Origin: Eledone cirrhosa
Lineage: Eukaryota
Assembly (NCBI GenBank): GCA_964016885.1
Contig: OZ024745.1
Span: forward strand, 66,216,001 to 66,280,000
Reading direction: 5' to 3'
DNA length: 64,000 nucleotides
The notes beneath the pieces were generated by a model. That model saw only the letters and a list, made by a program, of their open reading frames with translations, did no database searches and was not told the DNA's origin. The translations under genes and the position numbers were made by a program. Shown here in pieces: positions 1 through 15,000 of the stretch. Position 1 is the stretch's first letter; every line of letters begins with the position of its first letter.

Positions 1-3000
1 GGTGGTAATGATGTTGGTGGTATTGTGATCACTGGTAGTGGTGGTGGTGGTGGTAATGACGTTGGTGGTATTGTGCTCACTGGTAGTGGTGGTGGTGGTG
101 GTAATGATGTTGGTGGTATTGTGATCACTGGTAGTGGTGGTGGTGGTGGTAATGACGTTGGTGGTATTGTGCTCACTGGTAGTGGTGGTGGTGGTGGTGG
201 TGGTGGTAATGACGTTGCTGGTATTGTGCTCACTGGTAGTGGTGGTGGTGGTAATGACGTTGGTGGTATTGTGCTCACTGGTAGTGGTGGTGGTGGTGGT
301 AATGACGTTGGTGGTATTGTGCTCACTGTTAGTGGTGGTGGTGGTGGTGGTAATGACGTTGGTGGTATTGTGCTCACTGGTAGTGGTGGTGGTGGTGGTA
401 ATGACGTTGGTGGTATTGTGCTCACTGGTAGTGGTGGTGGTGGTGGTAATGACGTTGGTGGTATTGTGATCACTGGTAGTGGTGGTGGTGGTGGTAATGA
501 CGTTGGTGGTATTGTGCTCACTGGTAGTGGTGGTGGTGGTGGTAATGACGTTGCTGGTATTGTGCTCACTGGTAGTGGTGGTAATGACGTTGGTGGTATT
601 GTGCTCACTGGTAGTGGTGGTGGTAGTGGTGGTAATGACGTTGGTGGTATTGTGCTCACTGGTAGTGGTGGTGGTGGTGGTGGTAATAACGTTGGTGGTA
701 TTGTGCTCACTCATAGTGGTGGTGGTGGTGGTAATGACGTTGGTGGTATTGTGCTCACTGGTAGTGGTGGTGGTGGTGGTGGTAATGACGTTGGTGGTAT
801 TGTGCTCACTGGTAGTGGTGGTGGTGGTGGTAATGACGTTGGTGGTATTGTGCTCACTGGTAGTGGTGGTGGTGGTGGTAATGACGTTGGTGGTATTGTG
901 CTCACTGGTAGTGGTGGTGGTGGTGGTGGTAATGACGTTAGTGGTATTGTGCTCACTGGTAGTGGTGGTGGTGGTGGTGGTAATGACGTTGGTGGTATTG
1001 TGCTCACTGGTAGTGGTGGTGGTGGTGGTGGTAATGACGTTGGTGGTATTGTGCTCACTGGTAGTGGTGGTGGTGGTGGTAATGACGTTGGTGGTATTGT
1101 GCTCACTGGTAGTGGTGGTGGTGGTGGTAATGACGTTGGTGGTATTGTGCTCACTGGTAGTGGTGGTGGTGGTGGTAATGACGTTGGTGGTATTGTGCTC
1201 ACTGGTAGTAGTGGTGGTGGTGGTGGTAATGACGTTGGTGGTATTGTGATCACTGGTAGTGGTGGTGGTGGTGGTAATGACGTTGGTGGTATTGTGCTCA
1301 CTGGTAGTGGCGGTGGTGGTGGTGGTAATGACGTTGCTGGTATTGTGCTCACTGGTAGTGGTGGTAATGACGTTGGTGGTATTGTGCTCACTGGTAGTGG
1401 TGGTGGTGGTGGTAATGACGTTGGTGGTATTGTGCTCACTGGTAGTGGTGGTGGTGGTGGTAATGACGTTGGTGGTATTGTGCTCACTGGTGGTGGTGGT
1501 GGTAATGACGTTGGTGGTATTGTGCTCACTGGTAGTGGTGGTGGTGGTGGTAATGACGTTGGTGGTATTGTGCTCACTGGTAGTGGTGGTGGTGGTAATG
1601 ACGTTGGTGGTATTGTGCTCACTGGTAGTGGTGGTGGTGGTGGTAATGACGTTGGTGGTATTGTGCTCACTGGTAGTGGTGGTGGTGGTGGTGGTAATGA
1701 CGTTGGTGGTATTGTGCTCACGGGTAGTGGTGGTGGTGGTGGTAATGACGTTGGTGGTATTGTGCTCACTGGTAGTGGTGGTGGTGGTAATGACGTTGGT
1801 GGTATTGTGCTCACTGGTAGTGGTGGTGGTGGTGGTGGTAATGACGTTGGTGGTATTGTGCTCACTGGTAGTGGTGGTGGTGGTGGTAATGACGTTGGTG
1901 GTATTGTGCTCACTGGTAGTGGTGGTAATGACGTTGGAGGTATTGTGCTCACTGGTAGTGGTGGTGGTGGTGGTGGTAATGACGTTGGTGGTATTGTGCT
2001 CACTGGTAGTGGTGGTGGTGGTGGTGGTAATGACGTTGGTGGTATTGTGATCACTGGTAGTGGTGGGGGTGGTAATGACGTTGGTGGTATTGTGCTCACT
2101 GGTAGTGGTGGTGGTGGTGGTAATGACGTTGGTGGTATTGTGCTCACTGGTAGTGGTGGTAATGACGTTGGTGGTATTGTGCTCAGTGGTAGTGGTGGCG
2201 GTGGTAATGACGTTGGTGGTATTTTGCTCACTGGTAGTGGTGGTGGTGGTGGTGGTAATGACGTTGCTGGTATTGTGATCACTGGTAGTGGTGGTCGTGG
2301 TAATGACGTTGGTGGTATTATGCTCACTGGTAGTGGTGGTAATGGTGGTAATGACGTTGGTGGTATTGTGCTCACTGGTAGTGGTGGTGGTGGTAATGAC
2401 GTTGCTGGTATTGTGCTCACTGTTAGTGGTGGTAATGGTGGTAATGACGTTGGTGGTATTGTGCTCACTGGTAGTGGTGGTGGGGGTGGTAATGACGTTG
2501 GTGGTATTGTGCTCACTGGTAGTGGTGGTAATGGTGGTAATGACGTTGGTGGTATTGTGCTCAGTGGTAGTGGTGGTGGTCGTGGTAATGACGTTGGTGG
2601 TATTGTGCTCACTGGTAGTGGTGGTGGTGGTGGTGGTAATGACGTTGCTGGTATTGTGATCACTGGTAGTGGTGGTGGTCGTGGTAATGACGTTGGGGGT
2701 ATTGTGCTCACTGGTAGTGGTGGTAATGGTGGTAATGACGTTGGTGGTATTGTGCTCACTGGTAGTGGTGGTGGTGGTGGTAATGACGTTGGTGGTATTG
2801 TGCTCACTGGTAGTGGTGGTGGTGGTGGTAATGACGTTGGTGGTATTGTGCTCAGTGGTGGTGGTGGTGGTGGTGGTAATGACGTTGCTGGTATTGTGCT
2901 CACTGTTAGTGGTGGTAATGGTGGTAATGACGTTGGTGGTATTGTGCTCACTGGTAGTGGTGGTAATGGTGGTAATGACGTTGGTGTTATTGTGCTCACT

Positions 3001-6000
3001 GGTAGTGGTGGTAATGACGTTGGTGGTATTGTGCTCACTGGTAGTGGTGGTGTTGGTGGTAATGACGCTGGTGGTATTGTGCCCAGTGGTGGTGGTGGTG
3101 GTAATGACGTTGGTGATACTGTGATCACTGGTAGTGGTAATGGTGGTAATGACGTTGGTGGTATTGTGCTCACTGGTAGTGGTGGTGGTGGTAATGACGT
3201 TGGTGGTATTGTGCTCACTGGTGGTGGTGGTGGTGGTAATGACGTTGGTGGTATTGTGCTCACTGGTAGTGGTGGTGGTGGTGGTAATGACGTTGGTGGT
3301 ATTGTGCTCACTGGTAGTGGTGGTGGTGGTAATGACGTTGGTGGTATTGTGCTAAATGGTAGTGGTGGTGGTGGTGGTAATGACGTTGGGGGTATTGTAC
3401 TCACTGGTAGTGGTGGTGGTGGTGGTAATGACGTTGGGGGTATTGTACTCACTGGTAGTGGTGGTGGTGGTGGTAATGACGTTGGTGGTATTGTGCTCAC
3501 TGGTGGTGGTGGTGGTGGTGGTAATGACGCTGGTGTTATTGTGCTCACTGGTAGTAGTGGTGGTGGTGGTATTGACGTTGGTGGTATTGTGCTCACTGGT
3601 AGTAGTGGTGGTGGTGGTAATGACGTTGGTGGTATTGTGCTCACTGGTAGTGGTGGTGGTGGTGGTATTGACGTTGGTGGTATTGTGCTCACTGGTAGTA
3701 GTGGTGGTGGTGGTAATGACGTTGGTGGTATTGTGCTCACTGGTAGTAGTGGTGGTGGTGGTATTGACGTTGGTGGTATTGTGCTCACTGGTAGTGGTGG
3801 TGGTGGTGGTAATGACGTTGGTGGTATTGTGCTCACTGGTAGTGGTGGTGGTGGTGGTAATGACGTTGGTGTTATTGTGCTCAGTGGTAGTGGTGGTGGT
3901 GGTGGTAATGACGTTGGTGGTATTGTGCTCACTGGTAGTGGTGGTGGTGGTAATGACGTTGGTGGTATTGTGCTCACTGGTAGTGGTGGTGGTGGTAATG
4001 ACGTTGGTGGTATTGTGCTCACTGGTAGTGGTGGTGGTAATGACGTTGGTGTTATTGTGCTCAGTGGTAGTGGTGGTGGTAGTGGTAATGACGTTGGTGG
4101 TATTGTGCTCACTGGTAGTGGTGGTGTTGGTAATGACGTTGGTGGTATTGTGCTCACTGGTAGTGGTGGTGGTGGTAATGACGTTGGTGGTATTGTGCTC
4201 ACCGGTAGTGGTGGTGGTAATGACGTTGGTGTTATTGTGCTCAGTGGTAGTGGTGGTGGTGGTGGTAATGACGTTGGTGGTATTGTGCTCACTGGTAGTG
4301 GTGGTGGTGGTGGTAATGACGTTGGAGGTATTGTGCTCACTGGTAGTGGTGGTGGTGTTGGTAATGACGTTGGTGGTATTGTGCTCACTGGTAGTGGTGG
4401 TAGTGGTAATGACGTTGGAGGTATTGTGCTCACTGGTAGTGGTGGTGGTGGTGGTAATGACGTTGGTGGTATTGTGCTCACTGGTAGTGGTGGTGGTGGT
4501 GGTGGTAATGACGTTGGTGGTATTGTGCTCACTGGTAGTGGTGGTGGTGTTGGTAATGACGTTGGTGGTATTGTGCTCACTGGTAGTGGTGGTGGTGGTG
4601 GTGGTAATGACGTTGGTGGTATTGTGCTCACTGGTAGTGGTGGTGGTGGTGGTAATGATGTTGGTGGTATTGTGACCACTGGTAGTGGTGGTGGTGGTGG
4701 TAATGACGTTGGTGGTATTGTGCTCACTGGTAGTGGTGGTGGTGGTGGTAATGATGTTGGTGGTATTGTGATCACTGGTAGTGGTGGTGGTGGTGGTAAT
4801 GACGTTGGTGGTATTGTGCTCACTGGTAGTGGTGGTGGTGGTGGTGGTGGTGGTAATGACGTTGCTGGTATTGTGCTCACTGGTAGTGGTGGTGGTGGTA
4901 ATGACGTTGGTGGTATTGTGCTCACTGGTAGTGGTGGTGGTGGTGGTAATGACGTTGGTGGTATTGTGCTCACTGTTAGTGGTGGTGGTGGTGGTGGTAA
5001 TGACGTTGGTGGTATTGTGCTCACTGGTAGTGGTGGTGGTGGTGGTAATGACGTTGGTGGTATTGTGCTCACTGGTAGTGGTGGTGGTGGTGGTAATGAC
5101 GTTGGTGGTATTGTGATCACTGGTAGTGGTGGTGGTGGTGGTAATGACGTTGGTGGTATTGTGCTCACTGGTAGTGGTGGTGGTGGTGGTAATGACGTTG
5201 CTGGTATTGTGCTCACTGGTAGTGGTGGTAATGACGTTGGTGGTATTGTGCTCACTGGTAGTGGTGGTGGTAGTGGTGGTAATGACGTTGGTGGTATTGT
5301 GCTCACTGGTAGTGGTGGTGGTGGTGGTGGTAATGACGTTGGTGGTATTGTGCTCACTGGTAGTGGTGGTGGTGGTGGTAATGACGTTGGTGGTATTGTG
5401 CTCACTGGTAGTGGTGGTGGTGGTGGTGGTAATGACGTTGGTGGTATTGTGCTCACTGGTAGTGGTGGTGGTGGTGGTAATGACGTTGGTGGTATTGTGC
5501 TCACTGGTAGTGGTGGTGGTGGTGGTAATGACGTTGGTGGTATTGTGCTCACTGGTAGTGGTGGTGGTGGTGGTGGTAATGACGTTGGTGGTATTGTGCT
5601 CACTGGTAGTGGTGGTGGTGGTGGTGGTAATGACGTTGGTGGTATTGTGCTCACTGGTAGTGGTGGTGGTGGTGGTGGTAATGACGTTGGTGGTATTGTG
5701 CTCACTGGTAGTGGTGGTGGTGGTGGTAATGACGTTGGTGGTATTGTGCTCACTGGTAGTGGTGGTGGTGGTGGTAATGACGTTGGTGGTATTGTGCTCA
5801 CTGGTAGTGGTGGTGGTGGTGGTAATGACGTTGGTGGTATTGTGCTCACTGGTAGTAGTGGTGGTGGTGGTGGTAATGACGTTGGTGGTATTGTGATCAC
5901 TGGTAGTGGTGGTGGTGGTGGTAATGACGTTGGTGGTATTGTGCTCACTGGTAGTGGCGGTGGTGGTGGTGGTAATGACGTTGCTGGTATTGTGCTCACT

Positions 6001-9000
6001 GGTAGTGGTGGTAATGACGTTGGTGGTATTGTGCTCACTGGTAGTGGTGGTGGTGGTGGTAATGACGTTGGTGGTATTGTGCTCACTGGTAGTGGTGGTG
6101 GTGGTGGTAATGACGTTGGTGGTATTGTGCTCATGGTGGTGGTGGTGGTAATGACGTTGGTGGTATTGTGCTCACTGGTAGTGGTGGTGGTGGTGGTAAT
6201 GACGTTGGTGGTATTGTGCTCACTGGTAGTTGTGGTGGTGGTAATGACGTTGGTGGTATTGTGCTCACTGGTAGTGGTGGTGGTGGTGGTAATGACGTTG
6301 GTGGTATTGTGCTCACTGGTAGTGGTGGTGGTGGTGGTGGTAATGACGTTGGTGGTATTGTGCTCACTGGTAGTGGTGGTGGTGGTGGTAATGACGTTGG
6401 TGGTATTGTGCTCACTGGTAGTGGTGGTGGTGGTAATGACGTTGGTGGTATTGTGCTCACTGGTAGTGGTGGTGGTGGTGGTGGTAATGACGTTGGTGGT
6501 ATTGTGCTCACTGGTAGTGGTGGTGGTGGTGGTAATGACGTTGGTGGTATTGTGCTCACTGGTAGTGGTGGTAATGACGTTGGAGGTATTGTGCTCACTG
6601 GTAGTGGTGGTGGTGGTGGTGGTAATGACGTTGGTGGTATTGTGCTCACTGGTAGTGGTGGTGGTGGTGGTGGTAATGACGTTGGTGGTATTGTGATCAC
6701 TGGTAGTGGTGGGGGTGGTAATGACGTTGGTGGTATTGTGCTCACTGGTAGTGGTGGTGGTGGTGGTAATGACGTTGGTGGTATTGTGCTCACTGGTAGT
6801 GGTGGTAATGACGTTGGTGGTATTGTGCTCAGTGGTAGTGGTGGCGGTGGTAATGACGTTGGTGGTATTTTGCTCACTGGTAGTGGTGGTGGTGGTGGTG
6901 GTAATGACGTTGCTGGTATTGTGATCATTGGTAGTGGTGGTGGTGGTCGTGGTAATGACGTTGGTGGTATTATGCTCACTGGTAGTGGTGGTAATGGTGG
7001 TAATGACGTTGGTGGTATTGTGCTCACTGGTAGTGGTGGTGGTGGTAATGACGTTGCTGGTATTGTGCTCACTGTTAGTGGTGGTAATGGTGGTAATGAC
7101 GTTGGTGGTATTGTGCTCACTGGTAGTGGTGGTGGGGGTGGTAATGACGTTGGTGGTATTGTGCTCACTGGTAGTGGTGGTAATGGTGGTAATGACGTTG
7201 GTGGTATTGTGCTCAGTGGTAGTGGTGGTGGTCGTGGTAATGACGTTGGTGGTATTGTGCTCACTGGTAGTGGTGGTGGTGGTGGTGGTAATGACGTTGC
7301 TGGTATTGTGATCACTGGTAGTGGTGGTGGTCGTGGTAATGACGTTGGGGGTATTGTGCTCACTGGTAGTGGTGGTAATGGTGGTAATGACGTTGGTGGT
7401 ATTGTGCTCACTGGTAGTGGTGGTGGTGGTGGTAATGACGTTGGTGGTATTGTGCTCACTGGTAGTGGTGGTGGTGGTGGTAATGACGTTGGTGGTATTG
7501 TGCTCAGTGGTGGTGGTGGTGGTGGTGGTAATGACGTTGCTGGTATTGTGCTCACTGTTAGTGGTGGTAATGGTGGTAATGACGTTGGTGGTATTGTGCT
7601 CACTGGTAGTGGTGGTAATGGTGGTAATGACGTTGGTGGTATTGTGCTCACTGGTAGTGGTGGTAATGACGTTGGTGGTATTGTGCTCACTGGTAGTGGT
7701 GGTGTTGGTGGTAATGACGCTGGTGGTATTGTGCCCAGTGGTGGTGGTGGTGGTAATGACGTTGGTGATACTGTGATCACTGGTAGTGGTAATGGTGGTA
7801 ATGACGTTGGTGGTATTGTGCTCACTGGTAGTGGTGGTGGTGGTAATGACGTTGGTGGTATTGTGCTCACTGGTGGTGGTGGTGGTGGTAATGACGTTGG
7901 TGGTATTGTGCTCACTGGTAGTGGTGGTGGTGGTGGTAATGACGTTGGTGGTATTGTGCTCACTGGTAGTGGTGGTGGTGGTGGTAATGACGTTGGTGGT
8001 ATTGTGCTAAATGGTAGTGGTGGTGGTGGTGGTAATGACGTTGGGGGTATTGTACTCACTGGTAGTGGTGGTGGTGGTGGTAATGACGTTGGGGGTATTG
8101 TACTCACTGGTAGTGGTGGTGGTGGTGGTAATGACGTTGGTGGTATTGTGCTCACTGGTGGTGGTGGTGGTGGTGGTAATGACGCTGGTGTTATTGTGCT
8201 CACTGGTAGTAGTGGTGGTGGTGGTATTGACGTTGGTGGTATTGTGCTCACTGGTAGTAGTGGTGGTGGTATTGTGCTCACTGGTAGTGGTGGTGGTGGT
8301 GGTATTGACGTTGGTGGTATTGTGCTCACTGGTAGTAGTGGTGGTGGTGGTAATGACGTTGGTGGTATTGTGCTCACTGGTAGTAGTGGTGGTGGTGGTA
8401 TTGACGTTGGTGGTATTGTGCTCACTGGTAGTGGTGGTGGTGGTGGTTGTAATGACGTTGGTGGTATTGTGCTCACTGGTAGTGGTGGTGGTGGTGGTGG
8501 TAATGACGTTGGTGGTATTGTGCTCACTGGTAGTGGTGGTGGTGGTGGTGGTAATGACGTTGGTGGTATTGTGCTCAGTGGTGGTGATGGTGGTGGTGGT
8601 GGTAAAGACGTTGGTGGTATTGTGCTCACTGGTAGTGGTGGTGGTGGTGGTAATGACGTTGGTGGTATTGTGCTCACTGGTAGTGGTGGTGGTGGTAATG
8701 ACGTTGGTGGTATTGTGCTCACTGGTAGTGGTGGTGGTGGTGGTGGTAATGACGTTGGTGGTATTGTGCTCACTGGTAGTGGTGGTGGTGGTGGTGGTAA
8801 TGACGTTGGTGGTATTGTGCTCACTGGTAGTTGTGGTGGTGGTAATGACGTTGCTGGTATTGTGCTAAATGGTAGTGGTGGTGGTGGTAATGACGTTGGT
8901 GGTATTGTGCTCACTGGTAGTGGTGGTGGTGGTAATGACGTTGGTGGTATTGTGCTCAGTGGTGGTGGTGGTGGTGGTGGTAATGACGTTGGTGGTATTT

Positions 9001-12000
9001 TGCTCACTGGTAGTGGTGGTGGTGGTAATGACGTTGGTGGTATTGTGCTCACTGGTAGTGGTGGTGGTGGTGGTAATGACGTTGGTGGTATTGTGCTCAC
9101 TGGTATTGGTGGTGGTGGTGGTGGTAATGACGTTGGTGGTATTGTGCTCACTGGTAGTGGTGGTGGTGGTGGTAATGACGTTGGTGGTATTGTGCTCACT
9201 GGTAGTGGTGGTGGTGGTGGTAATGACGTTGGTGGTATTGTGCTCAGTGGTAGTGGTGGTGGTGGTGGTAATGACGTTGGTGGTATTGTGCTCAGTGGTA
9301 GTGGTGGTGGTCGTGGTAATGACGTTGGTGGTATTGTGCTCACTGGTAGTGGTGGTGGTGGTGGTGGTAATGACGTTGCTGGTATTGTGATCACTGGTAG
9401 TGGTGGTGGTGGTGGTAATGACGTTGGTGGTATTGTGCTCACTGGTAGTGGTGGTAATGGTGGTAATGACGTTGGTGGTATTGTGCTCACTGGTAGTGGT
9501 GGTGGTGGTGGTAATGACGTTGGTGGTATTGTGCTCACTGGTAGTGGTGGTGGTGGTAATGACGTTGGTGGTATTGTGCTCACTGGTAGTGGTGGTGTTG
9601 GTGGTAATGACGCTGGTGGTATTGTGCCCAGTGGTGGTGGTGGTGGTGGTGGTGGTAATGACGTTGGTGGTATTGTGCTCACTGGTAGTGGTGGTGGTGG
9701 TGGTAATGACGTTGGTGGTATTGTGCTCAGTGGTAGTGGTGGTGGTGGTGGTATTGACGTTGGTGGTATTGTGCTCACTGGTAGTGGTGGTGGTGGTATT
9801 GACGTTGGTGGTATTGTGCTCACTGGTAGTGGTGGTGGTGGTGGTGGTAATGACGTTGCTGGTATTGTGATCACTGGTAGTGGTGGTGGTCGTGGTAATG
9901 ACGCTGGTGGTATTGTGCCCAGTGGTGGTGGTGGTGGTGGTGGTAATGACGTTGGTGGTATTGTGCTCACTGGTAGTGGTGGTGGTGGTGGTAATGACGT
10001 TGGTGGTATTGTGCCCAGTGGTGGTGGTGGTGGTGGTGGTAATGACGCTGGTGGTATTGTGCCGAGTGGTGGTGGTGGTGGTGGTGGTAATGACGTTGTG
10101 GTATTGTGCTCACTGTTAGTGGTGGTAATGGTGGTAATGACGTTGGTGGTATTGTGCTCACTGGTAGTGCTGGTGGTGGTGGTAATGACGTTGGTGGTAT
10201 TGTGCTCACTGGTAGTAGTGGTGGTGGTGGTAATGACGTTGGTGGTATTGTGCTCACTGGTGTTGGTGGTGGTGGTGGTAATGACGCTGGTGGTATTGTG
10301 CTCACTGGTAGTGGTGGTGGTGGTGGTGGTATTGACGTTGGTGGTATTGTGCTCACTGGTAGTGGTGGTGGTGGTGGTAATGACGTTGGTGGTATTGTGC
10401 TCACTGGTAGTGGTGGTGGTGGTGGTGGTGGTATTGACGTTGGTGGTATTGTGCTCATTGGTAGTGGTGGTGGTGGTGGTGGTAATGACGTTGGTGGTAT
10501 TGTGCTCACTGGTAGTAGTGGCGGTGGTGGTATTGACGTTGGTGGTATTGTGCTCAGTGGTGGTGGTGGTAATGACGTTGGTGGTATTGTGCTCACTGGT
10601 AGTGGTGGTGGTGGTGGTGGTAATGACGTTGGTGGTATTGTGCTCACTGTTAGTGGTGGTGGTGGTGGTAATGACGTTGGTGGTATTGTGCTCAGTGGTG
10701 GTGGTGGTGGTGGTAATGACGTTGGTGGTATTGTGCTCACTGGTAGTGGTGGTGGTGGTGGTAATGACGTTGGTGGTATTGTGCTCACTGGTAGTGGTGG
10801 TGGTGGTAATGACGTTGCTGGTATTGTGCTAAATGGTAGTGGTGGTGGTGGTAATGACGTTGGTGGTATTGTGCTCAGTGGTAGTAGTGGTAACGGTGGT
10901 AATGACGTTGGTGGTATTGTGCTCAGTGGTAGTGGTGGTGGTGGTAATGACGTTGGTGGTATTGTGCTCACTGGTAGTGGTGGTGGTCGTAATGACGTTG
11001 GTGGTATTGTGCTCACTGGTAGTGGTGGTGGTGGTAATGACGTTGGCGGTATTGTGCTCACTGGTAGTGGTGGTGGTGGTGGTGGTAATGACGTTGGTGG
11101 TATTGTGCTCACTGGTAGTGGTGGTGGTGGTAATGACGTTGGTGGTATTGTGCTCACTGGTAGTGGTGGTGGTGGTGGTAATGACGTTGGTGGTATTGTG
11201 CTCACTGGTAGTGGTGGTGGTGTTGGTGGTAATGACGTTGGTGGTATTGTGCTCACTGGTAGTGGTGGTGGTGGTGGTAATGACGTTGGTGGTATTGTGC
11301 TCACTGGTAGTGGTGGTGGTGGTAATGACGTTGGTGGTATTGTGCTCACTGGTAGTGGTGGTGGTGGTGGTGGTAATGAAGTTGGTGGTATTGTGCTCAC
11401 TGGTAGTGGTGGTGGTGGTAATGACGTTGGTGGTATTGTGCTCACTGGTAGTGGTGGTAATGACGTTGGAGGTATTGTGCTCACTGGTAGTGGTGGTGGT
11501 GGTGGTGGTAATGACGTTGGTGGTATTGTGCTCACTGGTAGTGGTGGTGGTGGTGGTGGTAATGACGTTGGGGGTATTGTGATCACTGGTAGTGGTGGGG
11601 GTGGTAATGACGTTGGTGGTATTGTGCTCACTGGTAGTGGTGGTGGTGGTGGTAATGACGTTGGTGGTATTGTGCTCACTGGTAGTGGTGGTAATGACGT
11701 TGGTGGTATTGTGCTCAGTGGTAGTGGTGGCGGTGGTAATGACGTTGGTGGTATTGTGCTCACTGGTAGTGGTGGTGGTGGTGGTGGTGGGAATGACGTT
11801 GCTGGTATTGTGATCACTGGTAGTGGTGGTGGTCGTGGTAATGACGTTGGTGGTATTGTGCTCCTTGGTAGTGGTGGTAATGGTGGTAATGACGTTGGTG
11901 GTATTGTGCTCACTGGTAGTGGTGGTGGTGGTAATGACGTTGGTGGTATTGTGCTCACTGGTAGTGGTGGTGTTGGTGGTAATGACGCTGGTGGTATTGT

Positions 12001-15000
12001 GCCCAGTGCTGGTGGTGGTGGTGGTGGTAATGACGTTGCTGGTATTGTGCTGACTGTTAGTGGTGGTAATGGTGGTAATGACGTTGGTGGTATTGTGCTC
12101 ACTGGTAGTGGTGGTGGGGGTGGTAATGACGTTGGTGGTATTGTGCTCACTGGTAGTGGTGGTAATGGTGGTAATGACGTTGGTGGTATTGTGCTCAGTG
12201 GTAGTAGTGGTGGTCGTGGTAATGACGTTGGTGGTATTGTGCTCACTGGTAGTGGTGGTGGTGCTGGTTGTAATGACGTTGCTGGTATTGTGATCACTGG
12301 TAGTGGTGGTGGTCGTGGTAATGACGTTGGTGGTATTGTGCTCACTGGTAGTGGTGGTAATGGTGGTAATGACGTTGGTGGTATTGTGCTCACTGGTAGT
12401 GGTGGTGGTGGTGGTAATGACGTTGGTGGTATTGTGCTCACTGGTAGTGGTGGTGGTGGTGGTAATGACGTTGGTAGTATTGTGCTCAGTGGTGGTGGTG
12501 GTGGTAATGACGTTGCTGGTATTGTGCTCACTGTTAGTGGTGGTAATGGTGGTAATGACGTTGGTGGTATTGTGCTCACTGGTAGTGGTGGTAATGACGT
12601 TGGTGGTATTGTGCTCACTGGTAGTGGTGGTGTTGGTGGTAATGACGCTGGTGGTATTGTGCCCAGTGGTGGTGGTGGTGGTAATGACGTTGGTGATACT
12701 GTGATCACTGGTAGTGGTAATGGTGGTAATGACGTTGGTGGTATTGTGCTCACTGGTAGTGGTGGTGGTGGTAATGACGTTGGTGTTATTGTGCTCACTG
12801 GTGGTGGTGGTGGTGGTGGTAATGACGTTGGTGGTATTGTGCTCACTGGTAGTGGTGGTGGTGGTGGTAATGACGTTGGTGGTATTGTGCTCACTGGTAG
12901 TGGTGGTGGTGGTGGTAATGACGTTGGTGGTATTGTGCTAAATGGTAGTGTTGGTGGTGGTGGTAATGACGTTGGGGGTATTGTACTCACTGGTAGTGGT
13001 GGTGGTGGTGGTAATGACGTTGGGGGTATTGTACTCACTGGTAGTGGTGGTGGTGGTGGTAATGACGTTGGTGGTATTGTGCTCACTGGTGGTGGTGGTG
13101 GTGGTGGTAATGACGCTGGTGTTATTGTGCTCACTGGTAGTAGTGGTGGTGGTGGTAATGACGTTGGTGGTATTGTGCTCACTGGTAGTGGTGTTTGTGG
13201 TGGTATTGACGTTGGTTGTATTGTGCTCACTGGTAGTAGTGGTGGTAATGACGTTGGTGGTATTGTGCTCACTGGTGTTGGTGGTGGTGGTGGTAATGAC
13301 GTTGGTGGTATTGTGTTCACTGGTAGTGGTGGTGGTGGTGGTAATGACGTTGGTGGTATTGTGCTCACTGGTAGTAGTGGTGGTGGTGGTATTGACGTTG
13401 GTGGTATTGTGCTCACTGGTAGTAGTGGTGGTGGTGGTAATGACGTTGGTGGTATTGTGCTCACTGGTGTTGGTGGTGGTGGTAATGACGTTGGTGGTAT
13501 TGTGCTCACTGGTAGTGGTGGTGGTGGTGGTATTGACGTTGGTGGTATTGTGCTCACTGGTAGTGGTGGTGGTGGTGGTAATGACGTTGGTGGTATTGTG
13601 CTCACTGGTAGTAGTGGTGGTGGTGGTATTGACGTTGGTGGTATTGTGCTCACTGGTAGTGGTGGTGGTGGTGGTTGTAATGACGTTGGTGGTATTGTGC
13701 TCACTGGTAGTGGTGGTGGTGGTAATGACGTTGGTGGTATTGTGCTCACTGGTAGTGGTGGTGGTGGTGGTGGGAATGACGTTGGTGGTATTGTGCTCAG
13801 TGGTGGTGGTGGTGGTGGTGGTGGTAAAGACGTTGGTGGTATTGTGCTCACTGGTAGTGGTGGTGGTGGTAATGACGTTGGTGGTATTGTGCTCACTGGT
13901 AGTGGTGGTGGTGGTGGTGGTGGTAATGACGTTGGTGGTATTGTGCTCACTGGTAGTGGTGGTGGTGGTAATGACGTTGGTGGTATTGTGCTCACTGGTA
14001 GTGGTGGTGGTGGTGGTGGTAATGACGTTGGTGGTATTGTGCTCACTGGTAGTGGTGGTGGTGGTAATGACGTTGCTGGTATTGTGCTAAATGGTAGTGG
14101 TGGTGGTGGTAATGACGTTGGTGGTATTGTGCTCACTGGTAGTGGTGGTGGTGGTAATGACGTTGCTGGTATTGTGCTAAATGGTAGTGGTGGTGGTGGT
14201 AATGACGTTGGTGGTATTGTGCTCAGTGGTAGTAGTGGTAATGGGGTAATGACGTTGGTGGTATTGTGCTCAGTGGTGGTGGTGGTGGTGGTGGTAATGA
14301 CGTTGGTGGTATTTTGCTCACTGGTAGTGGTGGTGGTGGTAATGACGTTGGTGGTATTGTGCTCACTGGTAGTGGTGGTGGTGGTGGTAATGACGTTGGT
14401 GGTATTGTGCTCACTGGTAGTGGTGGTGGTGGTAATGACGTTGGTGGTATTGTGCTCACTGGTAGTGGTGGTGGTGGTGGTAATGACGTTGGTGGTATTG
14501 TGCTCACTGGTAGTGGTGGTGGTGGTGGTAATGACGTTGGTGGTATTGTGCTCAGTGGTAGTGGTGGTGGTGGTGGTAATGACGTTGGTGGTATTGTGCT
14601 CAGTGGTAGTGGTGGTGGTCGTGGTAATGACGTTGGTGGTATTGTGCTCACTGGTAGTGGTGGTGGTGGTGGTGGTAGTGACGTTGCTGGTATTGTGATC
14701 ACTGGTAGTGGTGGTGGTGGTGGTAATGACGTTGGTGGTATTGTGCTCACTGGTAGTGGTGGTGGTGGTAATGACGTTGGTGGTATTGTGCTCACTGGTA
14801 GTGGTGGTGTTGGTGGTAATGACGCTGGTGGTATTGTGCCCAGTGGTGGTGGTGGTGGTGGTGGTAATGACGTTGCTGGTATTGGGCTCACTGTTAGTGG
14901 TGGTAATGGTGGTAATGACGTTGGTGGTATTGTGCTCACTGGTAGTGGTGGTGGTGGTGGTAATGACGTTGGTGGTATTGTGCTCAGTGGTAGTGGTGGT

